The notes: generated by a model not told the origin, from the sequence alone. Numbered from the stretch's first letter, positions 10,497 through 21,538 are shown. The stretch is DNA of 64,000 nucleotides from Planctomycetota bacterium (GCA_014584345.1 JACTNB010000027.1:5785-69784); one strand, 5' to 3'. Translations and numbers: made by a program.

Positions 10497-12962
10497 TTAC
10501 CTTGCGGCCGCTTCGAGCGGAGGCGACGTGGCGGGAGTGACTTCCTCCTGGTAGGCGTCGGTTGTTGCCAGGCCCTCCATCAGTCCCAGATTTCGTGAGT
10601 TTTTTTGCGTGGCAGAGAGGTTTTTCAGTTCGCTGGTCTTCCAGTATTCACGAATTTGTCCCCGCTGGGTGAATTGAGCGGCGGTCATGCGTAGAGAAAG
10701 TTCCTTTTCCACGGGATCGGGAATGGCGTTGATCCAATCGATAACCGTTGCGGGAGAATTGTTTTCCGCCAGCAGGCACGACCAGCGCACGAAGAGCAGG
10801 GGCTCGCGCAACTGGGACTCCACAGAGCGGAATAATTCATGCGCCTGCTGGCTTTGTCCCGCCAGCATCAGGCGTTCGACTTGTTGTCGGAGCTGGGCTT
10901 TTGACTTCGCGGCGCCAGTTTCCGGTGCTTTCTGGCCTAGATCTCGGGCTTCGGCGACCAGCCCGGCTTCATTCAACGCAAAGAGCAGGTCGGGGATTAG
11001 TTTCGCGTGGACTATACGCGTGACATTTTGCGTGTTACCCGTTGCATCGGCCTGCAAAAGTTTCAGAAAAGCGGCGTGCAATTGAGGGGCAAGTCCCCAG
11101 TCGAGTGCCAGTTCGAGAATCCGGGTTTCCTGGTCGAGCCGTTTCTGTGCCTGTTCCTCAATGGTTCGGGCATTCTTACGGTACTGATTGAATGCCGCCC
11201 GTTTCAGATCGTCCCGGGTGATTTCATACATCGTTGCGAGTCGATTTTCAATTTGCACGCGTTCCTGATCGAGGCGGGACGCGAGGGCTTCCGTTTGTGT
11301 TTGCGCGGGGCCGAGGGCTGGTGTCCAGGCCAGCGCGGTCTCGATTCGCCCCCAGGCAGCATCGGGTTGTCCTGCCAGAGACAGGGAACGCGCTTCCAGC
11401 AGCAGTGTCTGCAAGGCCGTCTGTAACTCGGATGCGGGAAGCTGGTAAGTCCCTTCGTAAACCCCCTTGAATTCTGGAATCGTGGAAGCCGCCGGTGTCT
11501 CCCATTTCGAAGTCTCGGCATTCAACTGTTGCATAAGACTTTTCACGAGCGCCTGGTTCTTCGGTTCCTGGTGCAATACCTGTAACGCGATGCCGACCGC
11601 TCGTTGCGTGTCGTATTGGGAAACTCCTGCAACGGTGAGCAGATTTTCCACTGCAAAGCTTTCCTTTGCTCTGTTGGCGCGCATGGCCAGGCCTGCGGCG
11701 TAGCCTGCCAGGCAAATTGCCTTTCGTTCGGGAACCTGCAGCTTATCCAGCCAGGCGCGTGCCTGGGCCGCATGCCCGTGTACCGTTGCGCCATAGGTTG
11801 CGGCGAAGGCCAGCGGCGACGCCAGTTCCACGCGGGGCAACCAGCGGTAGGACTCCGCCAGATTGTAGGTTTCATCCTCGATGATCATCGACATGCGCGC
11901 CGCCGATTGCGCGACTTCCTGCGTGCTCTCCCGGGTTTCAATCAATACTCGCGCTTGCTCGTATTTTTCCAATGCCACCAGCAAGGTGCCCAGCACCACC
12001 GCCTGTTGAACGGCATCTGCCCCTGTTTGCGGGAGCTTGGCGGCGTATTCGAGGGCCTGTTCCGCCACCTTTTCGGCTGCTGCCCGGTCTCCCTGTTGCA
12101 GGTGGTGCCACCCGATCCGGCAGAGGGGAGCGATCTTCATGAAATCCAGCCCACTATTGAGATTGTCAAACGCTTGCAATTGTTCCAGGGCGGCGGAGAT
12201 GTTCCCCCCATTGATGAAGGCATTGGCGGCCAGAATGCGGCAGAACTCCTTGCTGCGGTTGTCGTCGCGCTGCCGGGCGGAATCGACGCTTGAGGCCAGA
12301 ATCTTCGCCTGCAATTCGGAAATAGGCATCAACGGCGGACCCGCCTTGGGGGTGGTCGTTTCTTCCGTTGCCACGGTGTGTTCCTCGACCCTTGGCTGTA
12401 ACGTGACCGGCTGTTCCTCGGGAGCAGGGGCCGGCTTTTGCAGAACCATGGCATAAAAGATCCCGCCTCCCGCGGCCACCAGAATCAAGCCGAAAATGGC
12501 CAGATTCAAGGGAGTGAACAGGCTTTTCTTGGGGGGAGGCGGCGCTTCCTTTTCGATTTCGGGAGCCGTGAAAATCGGCATCAGGCACTTGGGATTGGCG
12601 CATTTAACTTCCTTTCCCGCGATGGCTGGCGTGCCGAAACCGGCGGTGTCGCACATTGGACAAACGACGCGGTGCATGGTCTTGGCGGTCGGTTTGGGGC
12701 GCAGCGCAATCACCTTGCGGGCTTGGCGCGGAGCCACGTCGAACGGATTCTCGGGGTCCGCCGATTTGGTTCGCGCGGCAACGGGGGCCGCCGGTTTTGC
12801 CTCGGCTTTCCCGGCAGGCTTGCTGGCCGGTTTTTCCGCAGGTTTATCGAGGGGTTTTGTCGGCCCGGAAGAGCCATCCATGGCCGCCCCGCAGAACGGA
12901 CAAGTGACGGCGTCGTCGTCCAGTACGGATTGCTGGCAAGCGGGACAGGCTCGTAATTCCAT
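10497..12962 (-). CDS. membrane-anchored protein: N-terminal zinc ribbons, one TM helix, large helical-repeat C-terminal region
   Basis: CPACQ..CPFCG and CPMCD..CANPKC pairs, Pro/Ala/Lys linker, TM LNLAIFGLILVAAGGGIFYAMVL, Ala/Leu/Gln-rich helical remainder. Confidence 0.85.
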   Translation of the reverse strand: MELRACPACQQSVLDDDAVTCPFCGAAMDGSSGPTKPLDKPAEKPASKPAGKAEAKPAAPVAARTKSADPENPFDVAPRQARKVIALRPKPTAKTMHRVVCPMCDTAGFGTPAIAGKEVKCANPKCLMPIFTAPEIEKEAPPPPKKSLFTPLNLAIFGLILVAAGGGIFYAMVLQKPAPAPEEQPVTLQPRVEEHTVATEETTTPKAGPPLMPISELQAKILASSVDSARQRDDNRSKEFCRILAANAFINGGNISAALEQLQAFDNLNSGLDFMKIAPLCRIGWHHLQQGDRAAAEKVAEQALEYAAKLPQTGADAVQQAVVLGTLLVALEKYEQARVLIETRESTQEVAQSAARMSMIIEDETYNLAESYRWLPRVELASPLAFAATYGATVHGHAAQARAWLDKLQVPERKAICLAGYAAGLAMRANRAKESFAVENLLTVAGVSQYDTQRAVGIALQVLHQEPKNQALVKSLMQQLNAETSKWETPAASTIPEFKGVYEGTYQLPASELQTALQTLLLEARSLSLAGQPDAAWGRIETALAWTPALGPAQTQTEALASRLDQERVQIENRLATMYEITRDDLKRAAFNQYRKNARTIEEQAQKRLDQETRILELALDWGLAPQLHAAFLKLLQADATGNTQNVTRIVHAKLIPDLLFALNEAGLVAEARDLGQKAPETGAAKSKAQLRQQVERLMLAGQSQQAHELFRSVESQLREPLLFVRWSCLLAENNSPATVIDWINAIPDPVEKELSLRMTAAQFTQRGQIREYWKTSELKNLSATQKNSRNLGLMEGLATTDAYQEEVTPATSPPLEAAAR

Positions 12963-13347
12963 GGGTTTTTCCAGTGTTGCTATCGGTTGTCTGTCGAGGA
13001 AACAATTCGGGCCAGCCGTTTGCTTCGCATCAGGAATTATTCGTGGGGAGTATCACTTCGTCAGCCATCGGGAAGGGTTTTTTCGTCGAATTGACTGAGA
13101 ATCCTGCCGCGAGATCCAGATTTCCCGCCGTCGCTTCCGCAGGTTAAACGTCTATAATAGAATCTGTTACGACGGAATACAGCCAACTGCGGGATTTTCT
13201 GGCGGACAACTTCGTTTCGGGACCATCGCATTTCGTCTGCTCGTATGACGCCTGAGCGTGGGAGCGGATGTATTGGACGCCGTGAATCGATATATTCTCG
13301 CGTGGCAAGAGACGTAACCAGAGCTTACACGGGAGGCAACTTGGATC

Positions 13348-13851
13348 ATGCAGCACCCTTCGGAATCCCTGATTCGCGGTTTGGCCAAGCTATTACAAGA
13401 TCTCGGCCAGGCTTCCGAGGATCTCACCGAATTGCGGCAGGAGTTGCTGAGGGAAACCGGTGCCTGGGCGGTTGGCGTGTGGCGTGTTCGGGGGGCATCC
13501 CTGGAGCAGGTTTTGTTTGCCGCAGCCAAGGGCTTTGATCCCCTGGTGGCCCGGGAATTCGAGGCTGCAACGCGGGACGTTCCACTGGATCGGACTCAAC
13601 TGGGGATTGTCAACGCGGTGGTGCATCAGCGCCCGGCGCGTGCCCTGGCGATGGATCAGGCGGGGGAACTGCGTCAATCCGCCGGCTGGCTGGAGCGATT
13701 TGGCGCAAAGTGCTCGCTCTCCTGCCCGCTGCGTGATTCCGAAAGCCGGATCGTGGGAGTGATCGCGGTTTCCTGGCGTGAACTGGTCAACGAATCCGAC
13801 GAGGCTTATCTGCAGTTGCTGACATTGGCGGATGCTATTTCAAGGAACTGA
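13348..13851 (+). CDS. stand-alone GAF domain protein
   Basis: LGIVNAVVHQRPARAL...CSLSCPLRDSESRIVGVIAVSW matches the GAF core pattern. Confidence 0.75.
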   Translation: MQHPSESLIRGLAKLLQDLGQASEDLTELRQELLRETGAWAVGVWRVRGASLEQVLFAAAKGFDPLVAREFEAATRDVPLDRTQLGIVNAVVHQRPARALAMDQAGELRQSAGWLERFGAKCSLSCPLRDSESRIVGVIAVSWRELVNESDEAYLQLLTLADAISRN

Positions 13852-13865
13852 ATCCGCTGCCTGGC

Positions 13866-14513
13866 TCAGGCCGCTTTACGACAGCGAAAAGCGACATCAC
13901 GGCAGAAGAGTTCGGGAAACCACTTGGCCTTGTTTCCTCCCTTGATGGAAACCAGATCCTCGACTTCCAGGTAGTTCGCGATGAAATCCCGCAGTTCGGC
14001 GTACTTGAAAAACTGCACGTGTGTCGGATCACCATTCATCCACAGTTTTCTGCCACGCAGAACCTGCCAGCGATCCTTGAGGTGATACGCCAGCGGAATG
14101 CTGCCGACCAGCATGCCGCCGGGTTTGAGTATCCGCTGGATTTCCCCCAGGGTAATTTTGGGATACGGTAGATGTTCCAGCACTTCCGCCAGCACCACCA
14201 CGTCGTAACTCGCGTCTTCAAAGGGGAGGGATTGATTCAAATCCACTTCGATGGTGTCCACGCCGTAGGTCTCGCGGGCCAGAGCCATGGCCCCCACATC
14301 GATATCACCGATGACGATCTGGTTCCCCGCCAGATAATGGCGTGTCAGGGTTCCGTCGCGGCCCCCTAAGTCGAGTATCACTTTTCCCTGGCCGATCCAC
14401 TCGCGAAACAAGGGGGCCCGGGTGTCCTCGAGAAACGACTTGCCGAGTCGTTCTCCTGTCGCGTGATGTTGAGCATAAACTTCGCCCAATGTGACGGGAT
14501 TGGGATGTGCCAT
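13866..14513 (-). CDS. class I SAM-dependent methyltransferase
   Basis: ILDLGGRDG, IGDID, LPFEDASYDVVVLAEVLEHL, RILKPGG. Confidence 0.92.
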   Translation of the reverse strand: MAHPNPVTLGEVYAQHHATGERLGKSFLEDTRAPLFREWIGQGKVILDLGGRDGTLTRHYLAGNQIVIGDIDVGAMALARETYGVDTIEVDLNQSLPFEDASYDVVVLAEVLEHLPYPKITLGEIQRILKPGGMLVGSIPLAYHLKDRWQVLRGRKLWMNGDPTHVQFFKYAELRDFIANYLEVEDLVSIKGGNKAKWFPELFCRDVAFRCRKAA

Positions 14514-14825
14514 GTATGCTTGCTCCTCGCAAGAGAGGGGTTGAACAGGTGATCGTCGCGGGATTTTTAGCTGCCAAATCGAAATGACGCCAGATCATTT
14601 TCTGGGCCAGAGGGGAGAACGGAGCCCCATCTTCCCGCAGGCTTGATCACGGCTGGGCAAAGATGTCTCGATTTATCACGTGATGCGGGGTTGCCTAAAG
14701 ATGCGGCATGCCGCCGTGAAGTCGCGCAGACGATACCTCCCAAGACGTGGTCCGGATGGATTTCTTAAGTTTTTTCCCCTGTGAAACCGCTGGAAAAGTC
14801 ATTTGCCGCGCGGTTGTGCCAATTA

Positions 14826-14842
14826 TTGGCGCAGCAATTGCA
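14826..14842 (+). promoter_or_regulatory. sigma-54 (-24/-12) promoter upstream of amt-glnK
   Basis: TTGGCGC-AGCAA-TTGCA with exact GG-N10-GC spacing; gene context is classic for RpoN control. Confidence 0.75.
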
Positions 14843-15155
14843 GAACGACATTTTCGGGAGTTCCGTGGCCCGTCCCCGTGATGGGGGACCTTGAGTGACG
14901 CATCACAGCACTCGGACATTGGGCTGGAACAAGAGGGATCCCCTCGTGATAGGGGATTTCAAGGACGGAAAGCACGCGCGGCCCCACCCGGGTGCGTTTA
15001 TTGCGGGCATGTCTCCGTAGCGGGTGGCATTTGCAGTGAATGCCGCCCCGTCAAAATGTTTCTGGCAGGCCCGTGTTTCCAGGAAAATCGAAATCGCGAC
15101 TGTCGCCATCATTAGTTTCTAGAATAGACGACCCTAGAGTGAAGTGAGAAAGAGA

Positions 15156-16634
15156 ATGACCTTGCCGAGAATGTTTCTAGCGTTCAATGACAGGAATCGC
15201 ACGGCGAAAATTGCCGCGGTTCTTATCCTCTTGGTGGGTTGGCTGGCTTTGCCCAGTGTGGGCCATGCCCAGGAACCAGCACCAGATGCACCTGTGACGG
15301 AATCCGCCCCCGCGGAAGAAGCCCCGGCGGAGGAAGCAGAACCCGTCACCCTGGAATCCCTCGCTGCCGCGGTGGCAGCCGTGCGGACCGAAACGGACTG
15401 GCTCTGGACCTGTATCGCCGCGTTCCTGGTCTTCTTCATGCAGGCAGGCTTCGCGCTGGTGGAAGCGGGTTTCACGCGTTCCAAGAATTGCGTGAACATT
15501 ATCATGAAGAACCTGCTGGACTTCAGTCTCGGCTCGATCACCTTCTGGCTGGTCGGTTTCGGGTTAATGTTCGGTGCAAATCCTTCGGGCTGGATCGGCA
15601 CGACGGATTTCTTGGTGGATGGGATGGTGGATGGAGCCTACAACAACTGGGAATTCGCTTTCCTTATCTTCCAGACCGTATTCGCCGCCACTGCCGCCAC
15701 GATTGTATCCGGGGCGATGGCCGAACGTACCAAATTCACCTCCTACCTGGTTTATAGTGTTGCCATCACCGCGATCGTGTATCCCATCGCCGGTTCCTGG
15801 GCCTGGGGTAGCCTGTACAACGGCAGCGGCTGGCTGGAGGACCTGGGCTTTATCGACTTTGCCGGTTCCACCGTGGTGCACTCCGTTGGGGGGTGGGCTG
15901 CCCTGGCCGGGGCCATCGTGATCGGCGCCCGCAAGGGGAAATACAATGCCGATGGCACGGTCACGCCGATCATGGGGCATTCGATGCCGCTGGCGGCACT
16001 GGGTGTGTTTATTTTGTGGCTGGGCTGGTTCGGGTTCAATCCCGGTTCCACCACCTCGCTGGATGGAGGCAACTTCGCCCGTGTTGCGGTGACGACGAAC
16101 CTGTCCGCCGTGGGGGGCGTGGTCTCGGCGATGATTGCTTCCTGGATTCTGTTCGGCAAGCCGGATGTCAGCTTTGCGTTGAACGGTGCCTTGGCGGGAC
16201 TGGTGTCCATCACAGCCCCCTGTTACGATGTCAGCCCGTCTTCCGCCTTGATCATTGGGTTGATCGGGGGGGTGGTCTGCGTGCTCTCGGTGTTGATGTT
16301 CGATAAACTGCGGATCGACGATCCAGTGGGGGCGATTTCCGTGCACGGTGTGTGCGGAGCTTGGGGAACGCTTTCTGCGGGTCTGTTTGCCCAGGAAGCC
16401 ATCAACGGAACCAACGGTCTGTTCTTCGGCGGCGGTGTGGGGCAACTCATCACCCAGTTAATTGGCGTGGGAGCCTATTTTGCCTGGGCCTTTGGCGCGT
16501 CTCTGGTGATCTTCCTGGCGATTAAGTACACCATCGGACTTCGCGTTCCGGAAGACGAGGAACTCCGCGGTCTGGATATCACCGAGCATGGCATGTTGGC
16601 CTATCCCTACCTGCAGAGCCTGGAATCGGCCTGA
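15156..16634 (+). CDS. amtB: ammonium transporter (Amt family)
   Basis: LVFFMQAGFALVEAG, FQTVFAATAATIVSGAMAER, DFAGSTVVHSVGG, WLGWFGFNPGS, LNGALAGLVSITA, IDDPVGAISVHG. Confidence 0.97.
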   Translation: MTLPRMFLAFNDRNRTAKIAAVLILLVGWLALPSVGHAQEPAPDAPVTESAPAEEAPAEEAEPVTLESLAAAVAAVRTETDWLWTCIAAFLVFFMQAGFALVEAGFTRSKNCVNIIMKNLLDFSLGSITFWLVGFGLMFGANPSGWIGTTDFLVDGMVDGAYNNWEFAFLIFQTVFAATAATIVSGAMAERTKFTSYLVYSVAITAIVYPIAGSWAWGSLYNGSGWLEDLGFIDFAGSTVVHSVGGWAALAGAIVIGARKGKYNADGTVTPIMGHSMPLAALGVFILWLGWFGFNPGSTTSLDGGNFARVAVTTNLSAVGGVVSAMIASWILFGKPDVSFALNGALAGLVSITAPCYDVSPSSALIIGLIGGVVCVLSVLMFDKLRIDDPVGAISVHGVCGAWGTLSAGLFAQEAINGTNGLFFGGGVGQLITQLIGVGAYFAWAFGASLVIFLAIKYTIGLRVPEDEELRGLDITEHGMLAYPYLQSLESA

Positions 16635-16754
16635 TTGGAATTTCAATCGTCAGGATTGGGGTTCATGGACGAAATCCGATCCTGGCGGTTTCTTCACTCT
16701 GTTCCCCTTCTCGGTTATGATTGCAGTGAAGCAGCGACCGGAGCTACACGATAA

Positions 16755-17123
<369 letters not shown>

Positions 17124-17154
17124 AATCGACGTGTCCCTGAAGATTTCGTTTCAG

Positions 17155-17193
17155 GCGAAGAGGTTCTCCTTCGGGGAACCTCTTTTGCTTTTT
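17155..17193 (+). terminator. Rho-independent terminator of amt-glnK
   Basis: aagaggttctcc-ttcg-gggaacctctt stem (UUCG loop) followed by ttgcttttt. Confidence 0.85.
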
Positions 17194-17426
17194 ATCCCGG
17201 GGTTTCCATGCGTACTTCGCGATCGTCGGAGAAACTTCGAGACGCGGACAACGACAGTGAAGAATTGCCTGCGGCTTGGCAAGGCAGGCATAGTTCGTAT
17301 AATCGGGAATATTACGCATCACTGTTGGGCGATGGGGATTTTCTCGCCCGGCGGAGGATGTCGCAAGACGAGTCTCCGTGCTCCCCACCCGAATCCACCT
17401 CGATTACACCGACCAGAAAGTGAGCC

Positions 17427-18719
17427 ATGATGTTGCCGTCCAAACTCGTTTCCCATCATCCCCCCGCGATCCGCTTGTTGCTGCTCTCCTGTGCCTGCCT
17501 GCTGATGGGAGCGCTCACGCTGCCATCGGTTTCCCGGGCAGCCGATAAAAAGGCCGCTTCGGAAAGCGACGCCCAGGCCGTGTTGCTGGGGAAAACCGGG
17601 GTCTTACAGGGTATTCCCGGAAAGGGGCCGTTAAAGCAGCGGGAACTTCGGGCCTGGCTGTCGAATCCGGCCAATCATGTACCGCTGAAGGTAGAACTCC
17701 CGCTGGGCTTGAATGTGGGGGCCATTCCCGAAGGGGTTCTGGAAGCCAATCCGCTGACCCGTGCCAAGGTAGAACTGGGCCGCCAGTTGTATTTCGATAC
17801 CCGGCTCTCCAAGGATAACACCATCAGCTGCGCCACATGTCACGATCCCGCCACCGGGTGGGCCGCTCCGACCCAGTTTGGCGTGGGGATCGAAGGCCAG
17901 ACGGGAAACCGTAACTCGCCGGTCAGCTACAACCGCATTCTCACAACAGCTCAATTCTGGGATGGTCGGGCGGGTTCCCTGGAAGAGCAGGCGGTGGGGC
18001 CCATTGCCAATCCCATCGAAATGGGCAACACGCATGAAAATGCCGTGAACACCGTGAAGAAAATTCCGGGCTACGTCATGCAATTTCAAGCGGTTTTCGG
18101 CAAGGAAGGGGTGACGATTGATAATATCGGCAAGGCCCTTGCCGCCTTCGAACGGATGCTGGTCACCGGGCCATCGCCATCGGACTATTACGAACGTATG
18201 CTTCCCTACCAGAAATTCACCCAGGAAGATCTGGAAGACGACGAAGACTTGGAGAAAATCTACGCTCAGGTGATGGCGGACTACAAAGCCCACCCGATGT
18301 CGGAATCGGCTATCCGCGGGCGGGATTTGTTCTTCAGCAAACGCGTCAACTGCGCTGCCTGTCACGTCGGAGCAAATCTGACCGACGAGCTCTATCACAA
18401 CCTGGGTGTGGGTATGGATCAGGAAAATCCCGATCTGGGCCGGTTCGTGGTGACTGGCGTGGAAAAGGACAAGGGAGCCTTCAAAACCCCCACGATTCGG
18501 AACGTGGCCCAGACCGCTCCCTACATGCACGATGGCAGCCAGAAGACCCTGATGGAAGTGGTGGAACACTACAACAAGGGAGGGACGCCCAATCCCTGGC
18601 TCAGCGATAAGGTCGAAAAGCTGAATCTGACTCAGCAGGAAAAAGAAGACCTGGTGGCCTACATGGAAGCCTGCACGGGAGAATTTGAAAAGGTCGAAAC
18701 GGGACGCCTGCCCGAATAG
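17427..18719 (+). CDS. diheme cytochrome c peroxidase (CcpA/MauG family)
   Basis: signal peptide; LGRQLYFDTRLS, CATCH, RNSP, QFWDGRAGSLEEQA, CAACH, FKTPTIRNVAQTAPYMHDG. Confidence 0.93.
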   Translation: MMLPSKLVSHHPPAIRLLLLSCACLLMGALTLPSVSRAADKKAASESDAQAVLLGKTGVLQGIPGKGPLKQRELRAWLSNPANHVPLKVELPLGLNVGAIPEGVLEANPLTRAKVELGRQLYFDTRLSKDNTISCATCHDPATGWAAPTQFGVGIEGQTGNRNSPVSYNRILTTAQFWDGRAGSLEEQAVGPIANPIEMGNTHENAVNTVKKIPGYVMQFQAVFGKEGVTIDNIGKALAAFERMLVTGPSPSDYYERMLPYQKFTQEDLEDDEDLEKIYAQVMADYKAHPMSESAIRGRDLFFSKRVNCAACHVGANLTDELYHNLGVGMDQENPDLGRFVVTGVEKDKGAFKTPTIRNVAQTAPYMHDGSQKTLMEVVEHYNKGGTPNPWLSDKVEKLNLTQQEKEDLVAYMEACTGEFEKVETGRLPE

Positions 18720-18759
18720 CTTCGGCCGCGCGGATTCAAATCGTGTTGTTGATCACCGG

Positions 18760-18788
18760 AAACCGGGGCATCCATGCCCCGGTTTTTT
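18760..18788 (+). terminator. terminator between the convergent peroxidase gene and alaS
   Basis: perfect aaaccggggcat-cc-atgccccggttt stem followed by a T-tract. Confidence 0.8.
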
Positions 18789-18925
18789 ACGCGCGGTGAC
18801 TGTGGCAGGGCTGAATTCCGCAGACGGGTTGTGTTTGGCTGCCGCATCTGAAACGGACCGGGCTTCGCGAGGTTCGTAGTACAGTCAGGGCACGACCAGC
18901 TCCCGCCACCCAGGGACACCAGGGG

Positions 18926-21538
18926 TTACGAGGTCAGTTTGCCGCGGTAGTATTCTGCGCCCGCCTGAAGTGCGGCTGCTATATTGCCGGGATCCTTTCC
19001 TCCGGCTTCGGCCAGATCGGGACGTCCGCCGCCGCCTCCCTGCACGAGTTTTGAAGCGGTTTTGACACAGTCCGAGGCATTCACGCCCTGCTTGACCAGT
19101 TCCTTGCTGACGGCTGCCAGCAGGGAAACCTTGCCATCAATTTCCGCGGCCAGCAGCACCGCCGCCTTGCGCTTGGTTCGCAGTTGATCGGCAAAATCGC
19201 GGAGAACTTCCTTGTCCACGTTGAGTGGTTGATGCACGATCAGGGCGACATCGCTGATGAGTTCGGCGTTGTGCAGCATTTCCTCGACTTCATCGCCAAC
19301 GGATTGCCGCATCTGTTCGGAAAGTTTTCGTTTCGTCTCCTTCAACTCTGTTTGCAGGGTCTGTACCTTGCGGAGAAGTTCGTCGGGAGCGGAGACCTTC
19401 AACTCGGTCATCAGGTCTCGCAACAGTTGTTCCTTGATGCGGGATTCTTCAATGGCCTTTTCTCCCGTGTAGGCCACCAGTCGCCTTACGCCCTTGGCGA
19501 CGGGTTCCTCGGAGATGATCTTGAACATACCGACCTGGCCCACGTTTCCCAGGTGCGTTCCCCCGCACAATTCCTTGCTGTAGTCTCCCATGGAAACAAC
19601 TCGGACCTTGTCGGGATATTTTTCGCCGAACAACGCCATGGCGCCGGCGGCCCGGGCCGACTGGATATTCATCAGATCGATGGCAACGGGCGAGCCCTCG
19701 GCAATGCGACGATTGACCAGGTCCTCGATCATGCGTAATTCATCGGCGGAGACCGGCTTTTTGTGGGCAAAGTCGAACCTCAGTTCATCCTGCTGCACCT
19801 TGGAGCCTCGCTGCGTGGCGTTGTCTCCTAGCGTTTTTCGCAGGGCATAGTGCATAAGATGCGTGGCGGAATGCGCGCGGCGAATGGCGTCCCGGCGGAC
19901 CGCATCCACGGTGGCCGTCACGTTCTGCCCCAGTTTCAGCGTACCGGTTTTCAGATGGCCGATGTGCAGCCACAAATCGCCGTCCTTTTGGGTATCCTGC
20001 ACCAGAAATTCAATTCCGTCCGCGGTCAGCAGGCCCGTGTCGCCAACCTGTCCCCCCGATTCCCCGTAAAAGGGGGTGCGATCCAGCACCACCGCCACCA
20101 GATCGCGATGGCCCAGTTCGGTCAGTTCCTCGACGAGTTGTTTTTCCGCGATGATGCCTACAACCTTGCCTGGGGCGGAAATGTTCTCGTATCCCAGGAA
20201 TTCCGTTCCTCCCGAGGTTTTGCGAATGGCATCGAGGGGACCTTCCGCCATCACCGATTTCTGTTTCCCGGCATTGCTGATGATGCCGTGCTCTTCCATC
20301 AGCTTTTCAAAGCCGATGCGATCCACCTTCAGGTTGTGCTTGGCGGCAAGGGCATCCGTCAGTTCGTACAAAAAGCCATCCGTGGTGTGCAGTTGGAAGG
20401 CGTCCTGTCCCGAAATGATGCCGGTCGTTTTGGCGTCGTCGAGGCATTTCTGAAAGCGATTTAGACCCCGCTCGATCGTGTCGAGAAACGCGGATTCTTC
20501 TTCTTCAATGGCGTTTTGTACCGATCCGATGGTCTCTTTCAGTTCAGGGTACGGGCGTGCCAGCATCTCCACCACCTTCGGCACCAGGGCATGCAGGACC
20601 GGTTCCTGCTTGCCGATGAGGTAGGCTTCGAGCACGGCACGTCTCAGCAGTTGACGGACCACGTAGCCCTGTTCCTTGTTGTCGGGCAGGACATTTTCGT
20701 GGACGCACATGGTAACGGCTCGCACGTGATCGGCGATGCGTCGCATGGCTCGGCCGTGTTCCCCCGAAAAATCATATTTTGTCCCCAGGACGTCTCCCAC
20801 GGCTTCGCACAAGGGGCGCAGGGTATCGATTTCGAAATTGCTTTCCACTCCCTGTAAAACGGCGGCGGTGCGTTCCAGGCCCATCCCGGTATCGATGTTT
20901 TTCATTGGGAGGGGACGCAGATTGTTCGGCGGGTCGCCGACACGATTGAACTGCGTGAACACCAGGTTCCAGATCTCCACTTCCTTGCCACCCGTCGGGG
21001 GATGGTAATAGATTTCGCTGCATGGACCACAGACACCATCCGGGCCGAGCGTGGGGGCGCCGGCGGGCCAGAAGTTTTCGTGTTCGTCCATGCGTGAAAT
21101 GCGGTCCTGGTTCAGGCCGATTTCCTTTTCCCAGATGTCAAACGCTTCGTCGTCATCCAGGTAGACGGTTACGCTCAGCCGCGCGGGATCGAGGCCCAGC
21201 CACTCCTTCTTCGTGAGAAATTCCCAGGCCCAATGGATCGCTTCCCGCTTGAAATAGTCTCCAAACGAAAAATTCCCCAGCATCTCGAAAAACGTGTGGT
21301 GATACGCAGTCACGCCCACATTGCCGATATCACCGGTTCGCAGGCACTTTTGGCAAGTGGTTGCCTTGGTGAATTCCAGCTTGCCGATGCCGAGAAATTC
21401 GTTCTTGAACTGATTCATCCCCGCGGGCGTGAACAGCACGGTGGGGTCGTTCGGAACCAGCACATCGCTGGGGCGGCGGACGCATCCCTTGGATTCAAAG
21501 AAGCTCAGGTAAGCGTCGCGGAGATCGTCTGTTTTCAT
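18926..21538 (-). CDS. alaS: alanine--tRNA ligase
   Basis: [53 protein letters not shown], editing [16 protein letters not shown]-Ala [14 protein letters not shown]; start at MKTDD (21538). Confidence 0.98.
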   Translation of the reverse strand: MKTDDLRDAYLSFFESKGCVRRPSDVLVPNDPTVLFTPAGMNQFKNEFLGIGKLEFTKATTCQKCLRTGDIGNVGVTAYHHTFFEMLGNFSFGDYFKREAIHWAWEFLTKKEWLGLDPARLSVTVYLDDDEAFDIWEKEIGLNQDRISRMDEHENFWPAGAPTLGPDGVCGPCSEIYYHPPTGGKEVEIWNLVFTQFNRVGDPPNNLRPLPMKNIDTGMGLERTAAVLQGVESNFEIDTLRPLCEAVGDVLGTKYDFSGEHGRAMRRIADHVRAVTMCVHENVLPDNKEQGYVVRQLLRRAVLEAYLIGKQEPVLHALVPKVVEMLARPYPELKETIGSVQNAIEEEESAFLDTIERGLNRFQKCLDDAKTTGIISGQDAFQLHTTDGFLYELTDALAAKHNLKVDRIGFEKLMEEHGIISNAGKQKSVMAEGPLDAIRKTSGGTEFLGYENISAPGKVVGIIAEKQLVEELTELGHRDLVAVVLDRTPFYGESGGQVGDTGLLTADGIEFLVQDTQKDGDLWLHIGHLKTGTLKLGQNVTATVDAVRRDAIRRAHSATHLMHYALRKTLGDNATQRGSKVQQDELRFDFAHKKPVSADELRMIEDLVNRRIAEGSPVAIDLMNIQSARAAGAMALFGEKYPDKVRVVSMGDYSKELCGGTHLGNVGQVGMFKIISEEPVAKGVRRLVAYTGEKAIEESRIKEQLLRDLMTELKVSAPDELLRKVQTLQTELKETKRKLSEQMRQSVGDEVEEMLHNAELISDVALIVHQPLNVDKEVLRDFADQLRTKRKAAVLLAAEIDGKVSLLAAVSKELVKQGVNASDCVKTASKLVQGGGGGRPDLAEAGGKDPGNIAAALQAGAEYYRGKLTS

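Noticed and set aside
14940-15000. Glutamine (glnA) riboswitch in the amt leader
   Set aside because: Only a GACGGAA fragment matches; the full consensus is not evident. Retained only as a generic structured-leader candidate.
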